Shown here: in pieces, positions 41,956 through 53,900 of the stretch
Layout of the letters: the number at the start of each line of letters is the position of its first letter
Numbering within the stretch: the stretch's first letter is position 1
DNA from: Azolla caroliniana
Taxonomy: Eukaryota > Plantae > Polypodiophyta
Length of the DNA: 64,000 bases
NCBI GenBank assembly: GCA_043228905.1
Contig: JBHGNT010000011.1
Coordinates: 11,656,001 to 11,720,000, forward strand
Direction: 5' to 3'
Notes under the pieces: model-generated
What the model saw: only the letters and a program-made list of their open reading frames with translations
What the model was told of the DNA's origin: nothing
Database searches by the model: none
Position numbers and translations under genes: made by a program

Positions 41956-41986
<31 letters not shown>

Positions 41987-43699
41987 CCTCTCACTCACTC
42001 TTTCCTTCTCTCGAGAGTTCTTCACCTCTCTTAGTACTATACTTCTTTTAGTACTAATTCCTTCTCTGTCTTAGTACTGTTCCTGACAGTTTGAACCGAT
42101 TTTCCTACCTTCTGTCTCTCTCATTTCCTACTAATCTCTTATTCCTCTTTTCTTTCATCCCATGGCCACTGTTAGCGCTGAAGAATATCAATCTGTTTTC
42201 TCGGAATTTCAATGCTTGAAAGAGAAGTTCCATGCTTTGGAACAAGAAAACCAACGGTTGCTGGGGGATCTTCAGCAAATATCCTTAGAAAAGTAGCAAA
42301 CGCAACAACAACATGGGGAACTTGCGTTACACGTGCAACAACTCGAAGCAACCATCGTAGCAATGCAACAACAAGGGCCCGGAACACAAGGGATTCATAA
42401 AGAACCCAAGATTGGCCTTCCCACGAAGTTCGATGGAACGCGATCGCAGTTTAGAGGGTTCCTTAACTAGGTACGATTAGTTATTCAAATGCATCCTTCC
42501 TGGTATCCCACCGATGCATCACGAGTGGGTTTAGTAGGCACTTTGTTAAGTGGCTCAGCGTTGGCATGGTTTGCTCCACTATTAGAAAAGGAATCCCCGT
42601 TACTCAACAATTTTGAAGAGTTTCTAGGTGAGTTTAAAGCATGTTTCGGAGATACTGACAGCATCAGGACCGCAATCAACAAAATTCGACGATTACGCCA
42701 AGGTGACCGTCCAGCCTCCGCATATGCTGCAGATTTTCGCCTACTCGCCGCTGATATCCCTTGGGATGATCAAGCGTTGATGGAGCAATTCCGCTATGAT
42801 TTACGCAACGACGTCAAGGATTTACTCTTGACCTTCCCCGAAGAGCCAAAGTCCTTAACAGAAGCAATCAGTCACGCGGTGAGATGTGACAACCGCCTCT
42901 TTGAGCGACATTCGAAACGACAACTACAGATGCCGAGGGCAAGATCAGAGCCCACCTACGCCTCAGTGGTAGCAAGACCTTTTCCGAGGGAGTCATATAA
43001 TGCGCCTCCAGCGAATACTCCGACTCCGATGGAGATTGACACTACACGTCGTCGAGGGCCATTATCCGAAGAAGAAAAACAGCGACGCTGTACAAATCGA
43101 CTATGTCTTTACTGCGGTGGACCAGGACATATTGCAATAAATTGCCCCCATAGGCCAAGAAGACAGGTAAACCAAATAATCGCTAGTTCTAATTGTACTA
43201 AACCCGAGCCTATTTCAGTAGGGATATCTGATAGTCCTAATAGTACTAATAGCCCAGATCAATCAAACAGATTTGACGTCCTTAGTCAGTTAGAAGAAGA
43301 GTTAAACGACTAAGTCCAGCCAAAATAGGAGCCGTTTGGTTGGACAACCCTAGATCTGTGTAGCCCATTAGTGGTTTCATTCCCTCTAAGCAAGTTAGTG
43401 ATGTGTTCGTAGCCCAAGTAATAGTTAGTACTAAAAGTACCCCTCTAGTACATGTCCTAGCACTCCTAGATTCCGGAGCTAACTCTTGCTTTATGGACAA
43501 GAAATTTGCTCAAGCTCATAAGATATCCCTAAGAAAACTCCAGTGTCCAGCCTCTGTAGTAGTCATTGATGGACGTCCCATTGCTTCCGGAAATATCATA
43601 GAAGAGTCAGAGCCCATTAATATTGTCCTAGATAACTTAGCATGTGTAGTATCATTTAATATTATTAGTATCGTAGAACATCCCATAGTTTTAGGATTA

Positions 43700-46600
43700 T
43701 GTTGAGAGACAAGCTCAACATCGGCCGGATCGCCTGAAGAAGCCGAAGACCAGATCGGTTGGGACCGATCGGTTAGGCCGAATGCGTAAACCGGTACGCA
43801 GACCGGTGCGTAGGTAGGGCTGGATCGGTGCGTAAACCGGGAGGCCGTTAGGAAAGATATTCCATGAGGAATATATTTGGGAGTTAGTGTAGGAGCTCTT
43901 AATGAGCATTGAAGTACTGTCAGTACTTCGGTTAGTCCTTCTAGGACTTGTATAAAAGTGTTCATTGAACACACATATGTATAGAGTGAAAATAGAGATT
44001 GAGTGTTTTTGTTGAATACAGTTCTTGTGTTTTCTCTCTCTCACTCTCTCTGTCTCTCCCGCGTATACTGCATAAGCTCAAGCTCTCCATTAAACCTGAG
44101 TTTTCTTCCTTCTGTTCGTTCTTCATACTTGCTTCCGCACGTTACTTTTTACATGGTATCAGAGCGCGAGGGTTGAGAACCTCTCTGCAGCCGACACAAC
44201 TTGACGAAGAAGAACAAGAAGAACAGTGGATAGAGGCATGGCGAGCTCGCTTCCAACAGAGAAGCTCGACAGAACCAACTACGCGTCTTGGTCCTACAAG
44301 ATGCACCAGTACCTGCTCGGGCACGACTACTGGAGTTATGTCGAAGGAGCTAATGACGCGGCACCCGAATCGACACACAGAGACTTCCCGTCGTGGGAGC
44401 AATCGGCGAGCAGGGTATTATACTGCTTCGCGTTGTGTGTGGGCGAACAACTATTGAGCTATGTTCGGGATGCAAAGACGTCGAAGGGTGCGTGGGAAAA
44501 TATGAAGAAGATTTTTGCCACGAGCACCACAGCCAGGAAGCTTCAGCTCCGACAGGAGTTGAGCAACCTACGACAACGCGACTTGTCGGTGGCGGACTAT
44601 ACCTCGAAGATCAAGGATATCTGCGACTCCCTCGCCTCCATAGAGGTGAACATCAAGGAGAGCGAGATGGTCCAGATCTGTCTCGGAGGTTTGGCGTCGA
44701 AATTCGGAGCGTTCCGAACGGCTATGTGTACCCGGGAGAATACGCCGTCCTTTTTCGACTTACAGTCAATGCTCCTGGTAGAGGAGAACCACGCGGGTGC
44801 GTCTACAACACGCACACCGATAGCATAATGCTGTACACGGAGGGAGATAGGCCCCGTGGACGTGGAGGACGAGGCAAGTCGGCGTGCAATGGAGGCGGCC
44901 GACGAGATCAAGGAAGAAGGCACTGAAGTGATGCCGACAGCAACTCCGGACCCTCCGGAAACAGGGGGAGTCGAAGTGATGAGAACCGGCAAGGGAAGGC
45001 CATCGCGGAGTGCTGGTACTGTGGCAAGAAAGACCACAGGGAAAGTGAGTGCTGGAAGAAGCGCGCCGATTCGGAGAGAACCAGTTCCGGAAACAGCTCT
45101 GGACATACCGACAAGGGAAATCGGCAGCGATCGCACTACGCCGAAGACTCCGGGAGAGCCGGAGAAGGGTCTGCCTTCGTGACGAGACACGAAGCAAACT
45201 CAATGAAACGGACCACCCCGAGATCGGACGAGGTGTGGTACGTAGACTCCGGTGCGTCAAACCACATGACGAGCCATAAGGAGTGGTTCTCGTACCTTGA
45301 AAAACCGATACAACCTGGAGTAGTCGCAACTGGAGACGACACTCCGCATCCGATCACGAATGTCGGAGAAGTTCCCCTTAGCCATGTCGGGCAGAAAGGG
45401 AAACTCATGAACGTGTTGCACGTTCCGACAATCACGAAGAACTTGGTCTCGGTCGAACAGATCGTCGACCAAGGGATGGAGGTTCGGTTTACACACCTCG
45501 GGTGCTTCATTGAGGAAGAAGGCCGTGTGATTGCGCAAGGGCACAGAGACGGGAGGATGTTCATCCTCAATTCCACTGACGGCGGCACCGCAATGTTCGT
45601 GAAGGGACAAAAATCCGAGTCGGACATCGACTTGTGGCACAAGCGGATAGGCCACGTCAACTACCAGCGGCTTCAAGATCTGCAATCGAAACAGGTAGTG
45701 TTCGGATTGCCCAAATTTAGTGGCCGAAAGGCACAAATCTGTGAAGCCTGCCAACTCGGGAAGCAACATCGACTTCCTTTCCCCAACGAGTGAAACTGGA
45801 GTCGGAACAAGCTCGACCTTATACACTCCGATGTATGGGGGCCTGCACAAAACGTTAGTCTTGGCGGGAGCCGATATTTTGTCTCCTTCATCGACGACCA
45901 CACGCGGCACACGTAGATCTACCTCATTGAGAGGAAGAGCGAAGTCTTCGACTGTTTCCGGAACCTCAAAGGGTTCGTGGAAACGGAAACGGGATGAAAG
46001 ATCAAGTGCCTGCGGTCGACGGCGGGAAAGAGTACTTTTCTGGTCAATTCAACGGTTATCTACAACAAATGGGAATTCGGCGCGAATTCAGTTGTAGATA
46101 CACGCCGGAGCAGAACGGCGTGGCCGAGAGGAAGAATCGGTCAGTTGTGGAAGTGGCACGGGCAATGCTGGAGGAGAAGAGCTTGCCCAAGTTCTACTGG
46201 GCCGAGGCGGTAAGGACTGCGGTATACATCTAGAACTGGATCGGAGACAAAGTGTCGGCGCACGAGCTATATTTCGGAACAAAGCCGAACTTGCGACACT
46301 TGAGGGTGATCGGTAGCATTGCGTATGTGCATGTACCGAAGGAGAAAAGGAGGAAGCTGGACGCAAAGGCCGAGAAATGCATCTTGGTCGGTTACTCGGA
46401 CGAGCAGAAGGGTTATAAGTGCTATAACCCTCGCACCAAACAAGCACATGTTAGCCGCGACGTTGTGTTTGACGAGTCCGTGTCCTGGTACCAGCCCCCG
46501 ACTCCAATCCGAGCTCTGACAATGAGGTCAGCGAGGCCGAGATGCCTCCGGATGAGCCTGAAATCGAGACCCGCCAAGAGAGTCCGATTTCACTCCGTTT

Positions 46601-49600
46601 AAGTGGACCGATTGGACGACTGAGTCGGTACGATTAGTTCGATGAAGAGCCGGCGAGTAGTGGAGACTCGGCCGTGCATTCCCCGTGCAGGAAGCCGAGG
46701 AGACGGCTTACACGCAAGGAGAAAGGGAAGAAGAAGGTGTCGGATTCCGGCACGGATAGGAACGAGTCAGACCAATGCGAGTCCAACTCCGAGGGAACTG
46801 GTGACGGGTCCTTAAAGGTGAAGTTCGCGTCGACCGAGAAGGCCTCAACATCGGCTAATGTGAGATTATGCCGATCTACCCGCCAGAAGAATCCTGTTTT
46901 GCGGTTCGGATACAACGAGTACATGGCGCATCATTATGTGTACATGACCCGTGTAGCGGAAGTGCATGAGCCAGAGAGCTACACAGAAGCGGCTAAAGAC
47001 CTGGCGTGCCGCGATGGAGGAAGAGATGCACGCATTGGCGGAGAACGAGACCTGGGACCTGGTTGACGCACCAAGAGGGGTAAAACCGATTGGGTGTAGG
47101 TGGGTGTACAAGGTCAAGTACAACACCGATGGCTTGGTCAACCAGTACAAGGCTCGGCTAGTGGCAAAGGTCTACGCGCAGAAACACAACATCGACTACG
47201 ATGAGACGTTTGTGCCGGTCGCGAAAATGACGACCATCCGTGTTTTGCTCGCAGTAGCTGCGGTGAAGGGGTGGCACTTACATCAGATGGATGTAAAGAA
47301 TGCGTTCCTGCAAGGTGACCTTGAGGAACAGGTGTACATGGTACAACCCCCCGGATTTCACTCTGGAACGAACTCCTCGGCAGTATGCCGACTGAAGAAG
47401 TCCCTTTACTGACTAAACCAAGCCCCGCGTGCCTGGAACGCGAAGATCACGCAACAACTACGTCGGATGGGCTTCGTCACGTCAAAATCGGACTCTTCCC
47501 TGTTCATCCGGAAAGGTCGACTCAGACCGATTAGTATTTTACTATATGTTGATGACTTGGTCATCACCGGCGCCGACCTAGGTGAAATCGACTGCGTGAA
47601 GCTCCACCTTGCGGCATTGTTCGACATGAAGGATCTGGGGAACCTTCATTACTTCCTCGGGATCGAAGTGATCCGTACCCCCGAAGGCATATTGATTAGC
47701 CAACGTCATTACGTGCTGAGTATGCTTTTCAAATTCGGGATGGCCGACTGTAAGTCTGTCTCGACTCCTCTGGACAGAACCGTCAAGCTTCGTCCCGATA
47801 CGAGAAAGGTATGCGACCCGACGAGGTTCCGACAAATTGTCGGAAGCCTCATATACTTGACCATCACCCGACCCGACCTCAGTTATCCGGTCGGAGTGAT
47901 CAGTCAGTTCATGGCGCGACCTACCGAGGAGCACCTTCAGTGTGCGCAACGCATACTTCGGTATGTCAACGGCACTAAGGACCGGGGACTGCTATATCGG
48001 ACCGGTGCAGCCGCGTAGTTAGTCGGCTACACAGATGCTGATTGGGCTGGCAACGCCGCCGATCGCCGATCCACGTCCGGATACGCGTTCTCCCTCGACA
48101 GTGCCGCGATCGCGTGGAGCAGTAAGAAGCAGCTGACAGTTGCACTGTCGAGCACCGAAGCTGAGTACGGAGGAGCGGCTGTCGCGACATGCGAAGCCAT
48201 ATGGTTGAAGCGGCTACTTAAGGACCTGCAAGAGGAGGTGTCAGATCCGACGACGATCTACTGCGACAACCTCAGCAGCATCCAACTCGCGAAAAACCCC
48301 GTTTTCCACGCACGGACCAAGCACATTGAGGTGCACTACCATTTCGTCCGTGAGCGTGTCCTTTCCGGTGAAGTCGAACTTCAGTACGTTTCGAAGGATC
48401 GGCAGACTACCGACATCTTCACCAAGCCTCTTGGTCTGGACAAGTTGCGGCAATTCTCAGGTGCGCTCGGATTGCGTCACCTCGACGTGCCAAACTTGAG
48501 GGGGAGAACAGTACCGAACGACCAAGACTGCGACACCGAGTCGGTTGACTCGGTTGTCAAGTTCGACTTCGGATCGGCTGAAGAAGCCGAGGGCGGACCC
48601 GCGGAAAAGTCCAGAAGCGGATAGAAGGGGAGCAACCGAAGGAGAGAGCCGAAGCCAACCACGCATGGGGAAGATGACGCCATCGAGGGCGAGAAAACCG
48701 AAGACAAGTTGGAGACAGCCAACTCGGACGAGAGCAAAAACCGATTGGAGGTAGCCGAGTCGGTTCGGATGTTTGATTCAGATACGTTGAATCAACCGAG
48801 GCCCAAGCGGAAGAAAAGGCAGCAGGAGAAGCGTCAACACCGCAATAGCAAAAGAGCTGATAAGGGCCACATGAGCAGACAAGCCGACCGGAAGGGTCGA
48901 AGCGCGCGGAGTTGAACATGTCGTGGAGCGCGAGCGAGGCATGAAGCCAGGAGGAACCGGAGCCGTGAGCCCGAAGATCCCGAAGAGCCTCAAGTTGAGC
49001 TTGAGGGGGAGTGTTGAGAGACAAGCTCAACATCGGCCGGATCGGCTAAAGAAGCCGAGGACCGGATCAGTTGGGACTGATCGGTTAGGCCGAATGTGTA
49101 AACCGGTACGCAAACTGGTGCGTAGGTAGGGCCGGATCGGTGCGTAAACCGGGAGGCCGTTAGGAAAGATATTCCATGAGGAATATATTTGGGAGTTAGT
49201 GTAGGAGCTCTTAATGAGCATTGAAGTACTGTCAGTACTTCGGTTAGTCCTTCTAGGACTTGTATAAAAGTGTTCATTGAACACACATATGTATAGAGTG
49301 AAAATAGAGATTGAGTGTTTTTGTTGAATACAGTTCTTGTGTTTTCTCCCTCTCACTCCTAGAGAGACAATGCCACCAAGCACACTTTCAAGAGCCACGG
49401 ACTAAAGGGTGGCTCTTTGACTCATTAGTGACCCCCTCCCTCATGTATGCATCAGCGATTTGGGCTCCAGGATTACCATCCTTCATGTGGACGCAATTAG
49501 AGAGACCATTGGTGATGATGCTATCACGCCAACTCCGAAGCAAATCGACTGTACCACATGACATTATTAGGGCCGAGTTCACGTTACCCCCAATGCTAGT

Positions 49601-50931
49601 AGAGGCACTTTTTCAACTTGTAGTCTTCATTGATAGGATACATAGCCAACCACATGATAGAATATCTCATCAAGCCTTTAAGGCCTCTCGATCATTGTAT
49701 GAGTCCGGCTATACTAGCTCATGGTATGGCATGATGGTGACTTGGCTTCTTGCGAATGGTCTAGACATTAATAACCTACCTCCCCTTAGGTACAACCACA
49801 CAAGTGATAACACCTTAATCTCTCATGAGAACTGCAATAAAGTAATACGCCAAGAAATATGGCAAATTTACACTCGGTGTAAATGGATCACCCCACTAGA
49901 GCCACTCCCATCTAAAATGTCGTACTATAAGAAACACTTCATGCACTTCTCTGAGTTAGGTTTTATCACGCGGCCAAAATATCTATAGATGTATTCTTAA
50001 CACATGCACTAAGGGTTGCCATTGGACAACTTAGAATATCATCTCACCAACTTGAGATTGAAAATGGCCGTACTAGTGGAGTCCCTAGGGAGGAAAGGAT
50101 ATGTAGGCTATGTCACATAGAGATAGAGGATGAGTACCACTTTACATGCAAGTGTCCAACCTATGCCGAGATAGGGGCAAAATACCAAGACATACTTGGT
50201 CCGTCTCCCACCCTCCCCAAACTATTAGATACTCTAGATATAAAGAAATTAGGCAAATACATTCTAGAGCTAAAACAACACACATAGAATAAATTACAAA
50301 ATGTTGACAATAATGTTGCTAATGATCACGAACATGTAACAAATGCAGTTTTTCAGGAACCTGAGGAGACAACGAATGCCGACACACTTGCACCACTCGG
50401 CCTTTCCATTGATGAGGCAGAAAACCAGAGAAGAACCAGACGTCCTCGAGTGCCGGGTTTCAAAGCAACTCGACGTGATGTGGAAGCAATATTGAAAATA
50501 AGGGACCGTGAGCTACACCGCCTAGAAGCCATGGCTAGGGCACTCTCTACATTGGAACCCACATCAAGACCCTTTGAACCCCCACTCTTTTCGAGAGGCT
50601 TGGGTGGAAATAAAATTAGGCTTAGTGTATAGTCACTTTCGAGTATACTACATATTGTACACTACTAGAACTCTTTTAGTTTAAGTTCTATTTTTTTACT
50701 TAATTTTATTTTAGTTATGATGACTGGATAAATACTCTATTGTTGTAAACCAATTGTCTCATGGGCCAAATTTGGCCTTAGAAGATGTTAATACATCTTT
50801 CTTCTTTCTTTCTTTCTTTCTTTCTTTCTGTCTCTCCCGTGTATACTGCGTAAGCTCAAGCTCTCCATTAAACCTGAGTTTTCTTCATTCTGTTCGGTCT
50901 TCATACTTGCTTCCGCACGTTACTTTTTACA
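43700..50931 (+). mobile_element. Ty1/copia family C element inserted in the chromovirus protease, TSD GATTA
   Basis: 5' LTR 43700-44153; PBS TGGTATCAGAGC 44154-44165; gag-PR-INT-RT-RH; PPT 49001-49011; 3' LTR 49012-50931 split by a LINE; TSD at 43695-43699 / 50932-50936; removal restores VLGLPWFE. Confidence 0.96.
49359..50826 (+). mobile_element. RTEX-like LINE (second subfamily), 5'-truncated, (CTTT)n tail, inside the copia C 3' LTR
   Basis: LFDSLVTPSLMYASAIW; LRISSHQLEIENG...RICRLC...EDEYHFTCKCPTY; tail ~50797-50826; LTR sequence resumes afterwards. Confidence 0.85.
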
Positions 50932-53900
50932 GATTACCGTGGTTCGAGTTACATAACCCAGACATAGATTGGAGAACAAGAGAAATCCGGTGTCGACAAA
51001 CCCAAGGGTCAACTCAGAAGATGGCAACCATTTCGCTACGTCAGTTGTGTAAAGAAGGGCACAAGGAGGAAATGTTCCTCTTTGCAATATCAGTAAACCC
51101 CTCCAGCACCACTAAAGAAGGATCCACCGTTCAACTTCCCGAGAAGTATCGTCATTACGCCGATGTGTTCGATAAAGTACAAGCCAACACACTTCCTCAT
51201 CATCGACCGTACGATTGCCCCATCGATTTAAAACCGGGAAAAGAGCCGCCATGGGGACCGATCTACAATTTGTCACCAACCGAGCTGGAAGTCCTTCGGG
51301 CCTATATAGAGGAGAATTTGGAAAATGGTTTCATCCGGCATTCGAAATCTCCAGCCAGTGTGCCCATTTTCTTCGTCAAGAAAAAGGATGGATCGCTTCG
51401 TCTTGTTGTAGATTACCGTGGCCTGAATAAGGTTACAATCAGGAATAGGTATGCTCTTCCCCTTATCTCAAGTCTTTTGGAACGGATCAATGGTGCCAGG
51501 TTCTTCACGAAGATCGATTTACGGGAGCATATAACCTTGTACGGATCCAACTAGGAGACAAATGGAAGACTGCGTTTCGCACCAGATATGGGCACTTCGA
51601 GTATACGGTCATGCCATTCGGCCTCACTAATGCACCGGCAATCTTCCAGCACATGGCTAATGATATATTCCGAGATCTATTGGATGATTGTTTGATCATC
51701 TATTTGGATGATCTACTGGTTTATTCAAAGACCCAAGAAGAACATGATTCTCATGTACTATTAGTACTAAAACGACTTCGAGAACATGGTCTGTATGCAA
51801 AGGTAGAAAAATGTAGTTTCGGGTGCAACCAAGTGGAATTTCTTGGCTACATCATTTCGTCAGAAGGCATCTCCATGGACCTAGCTAAGGTCAAAACGGT
51901 GGTAGAATGGCAGACTCCACGTTCGGTGCGGGATGTGCAATGCTTCCTAGGCTTTGCCAATTTTTACCGGAAGTTCATACAAGATTACTCAAAGATCGTT
52001 CTACCTCTCACACAACTTACCAAGAAGGGACAACCGTTCATTTGGTCTGAAGAAACGGACGTGGCTTTCCAGAGTCTTAAAAAGGCATTTACATTGGCTC
52101 CAATTCTAGCTCATGTCGATCCGGAAAAACCATTTATTATCGAAGCTGACGCATCGGATTTTGCATTGGGGAGCATTCTGTCACAACAGGGGAATGATGA
52201 GAAGCTACATCCTGTGGCTTTTCACTCACGCAAGTTTGACGCCGCCAAAATCAACTACGAAATTCATGATAAGGAGCTATTGGCAATAGTGGATTCTTTT
52301 ATGCAATGGAGGCATTTTCTGGAGGGATCCTCTATCCGGTCACCGTATTTAGTGACCACAAGAACCTTGCCTACTTTCAGGATGCTCGTGTGTTGAATCG
52401 ACGTCAAGCTCGGTGGGCCCACTTCCTCACGCGTTTCGACTTCAAAATTACATATCGTCCGGGGAAGCACCAAGGGAAGACCGATGCATTATCACGGCGT
52501 TCGTACCTCGCACCCCGTCCCGGCGAGCCAGCTTTCGATAACCAAAAACAAGTCATCTTGGGACCGGCACGACTACAAGCAACAAAGATCTTTGACATGC
52601 CCATGGATTCCCGCGTTATCGATACCATACGCGAAGACTTGAAGACAGATGCGTTCGCCTAAGCTATACTAGCACAAATTGATCCCTCTCGAGCGTCGTG
52701 TTCACAGTCGCAACCACCAGGTACAGACTATCGGCAATTCAAATACCATGATGGATTAGTCTTCTTTAAAGAACTTTTGTATGTTCCTAATTGTTCTTGC
52801 CGCCTTCAAGTAGTACAAAACTGTCATGACACATATACAGCTGGGCATTTTGGTAATACTAAAACACTACATTTAGTACAACGATCATTCTGGTGGCCCT
52901 GTATGCGACAATTTGTCGAGGATTTTGTTCGGACTTGTGATACATGTTGCAGAGCGAAAATGCCAAGGCATCATCCATATGGTTTATTAGAACCATTACC
53001 AATTCCAAGCAAGCCGTGGCAATCCATTGCTCTAGACTTCATCACAGATCTTCCAGTCTCTAAGGGGTTCAATGCGATTCTAACGGTGATCGATCGATAT
53101 ACGACGATGGCTCATTTCTTGCCATGTACTAAGGAGATCTCCAGTGAAGACACTGCCGAAATTGTCATGCGTGAAGTATGTCGGCATCATGGACTTCCCG
53201 ATAGTATCATCAGCGACCATGGACCCCAGTTCGTGTCAAAATTTTGGAAGCACCTTTTTAACATGCTCAAGGTCACTTGTAACCTCTCCTCCTGTTACCA
53301 CCCACAAACCGACGGCCAAGCCGAACGAACCAATCAAACGCTGGAGTAGTATCTGCGGTGCTTTCTCAGCTATCATCAGGATGACTGGGCAGATATTCTC
53401 CACTTCGCCGAATTTGCCTATAACAACTCTATCCACGCATCCACAAAAGTTACGACATTTTATGCTTATACGGGATGTCACCCCCGGTGGTCTGTACTTG
53501 AAACCCCAGAGGTGTCCACAAATCCTTGCGCAGAGGATCGTTTGGAGAGGTTACGCAAGATACAAGCGGATTTATCTACTCATCTCCAACAAGCTCAACA
53601 AACACACAATGTTTATGCGGATCGTTATCGACTCCCATCTAGTTTTAACATTGGAGATCGGGTATGGCTACTCCGACGACACATCAAGACTACTCGCCCA
53701 TGCGAGAAGTTGGATTATCGGCAATTAAGTCCTTTCTGTATTATCGGAAAGATTAATGATGTCGCTTTTCGTCTTGATCTACCTCCACAACTTCGGATAC
53801 ATCCGGTGTTTCATAGTTCTCTCCTCGAACCCTATCAAGAAAGCACCATCCCAGGACGTATTACACAGCCTCCACCCCCGATCGAGCTTGAAGATGGACC

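Noticed and set aside
42162-43313. Domesticated PEG10/RTL-like gag gene
   Set aside because: Has in-frame stops and sits in a complete LTR element with a TSD.
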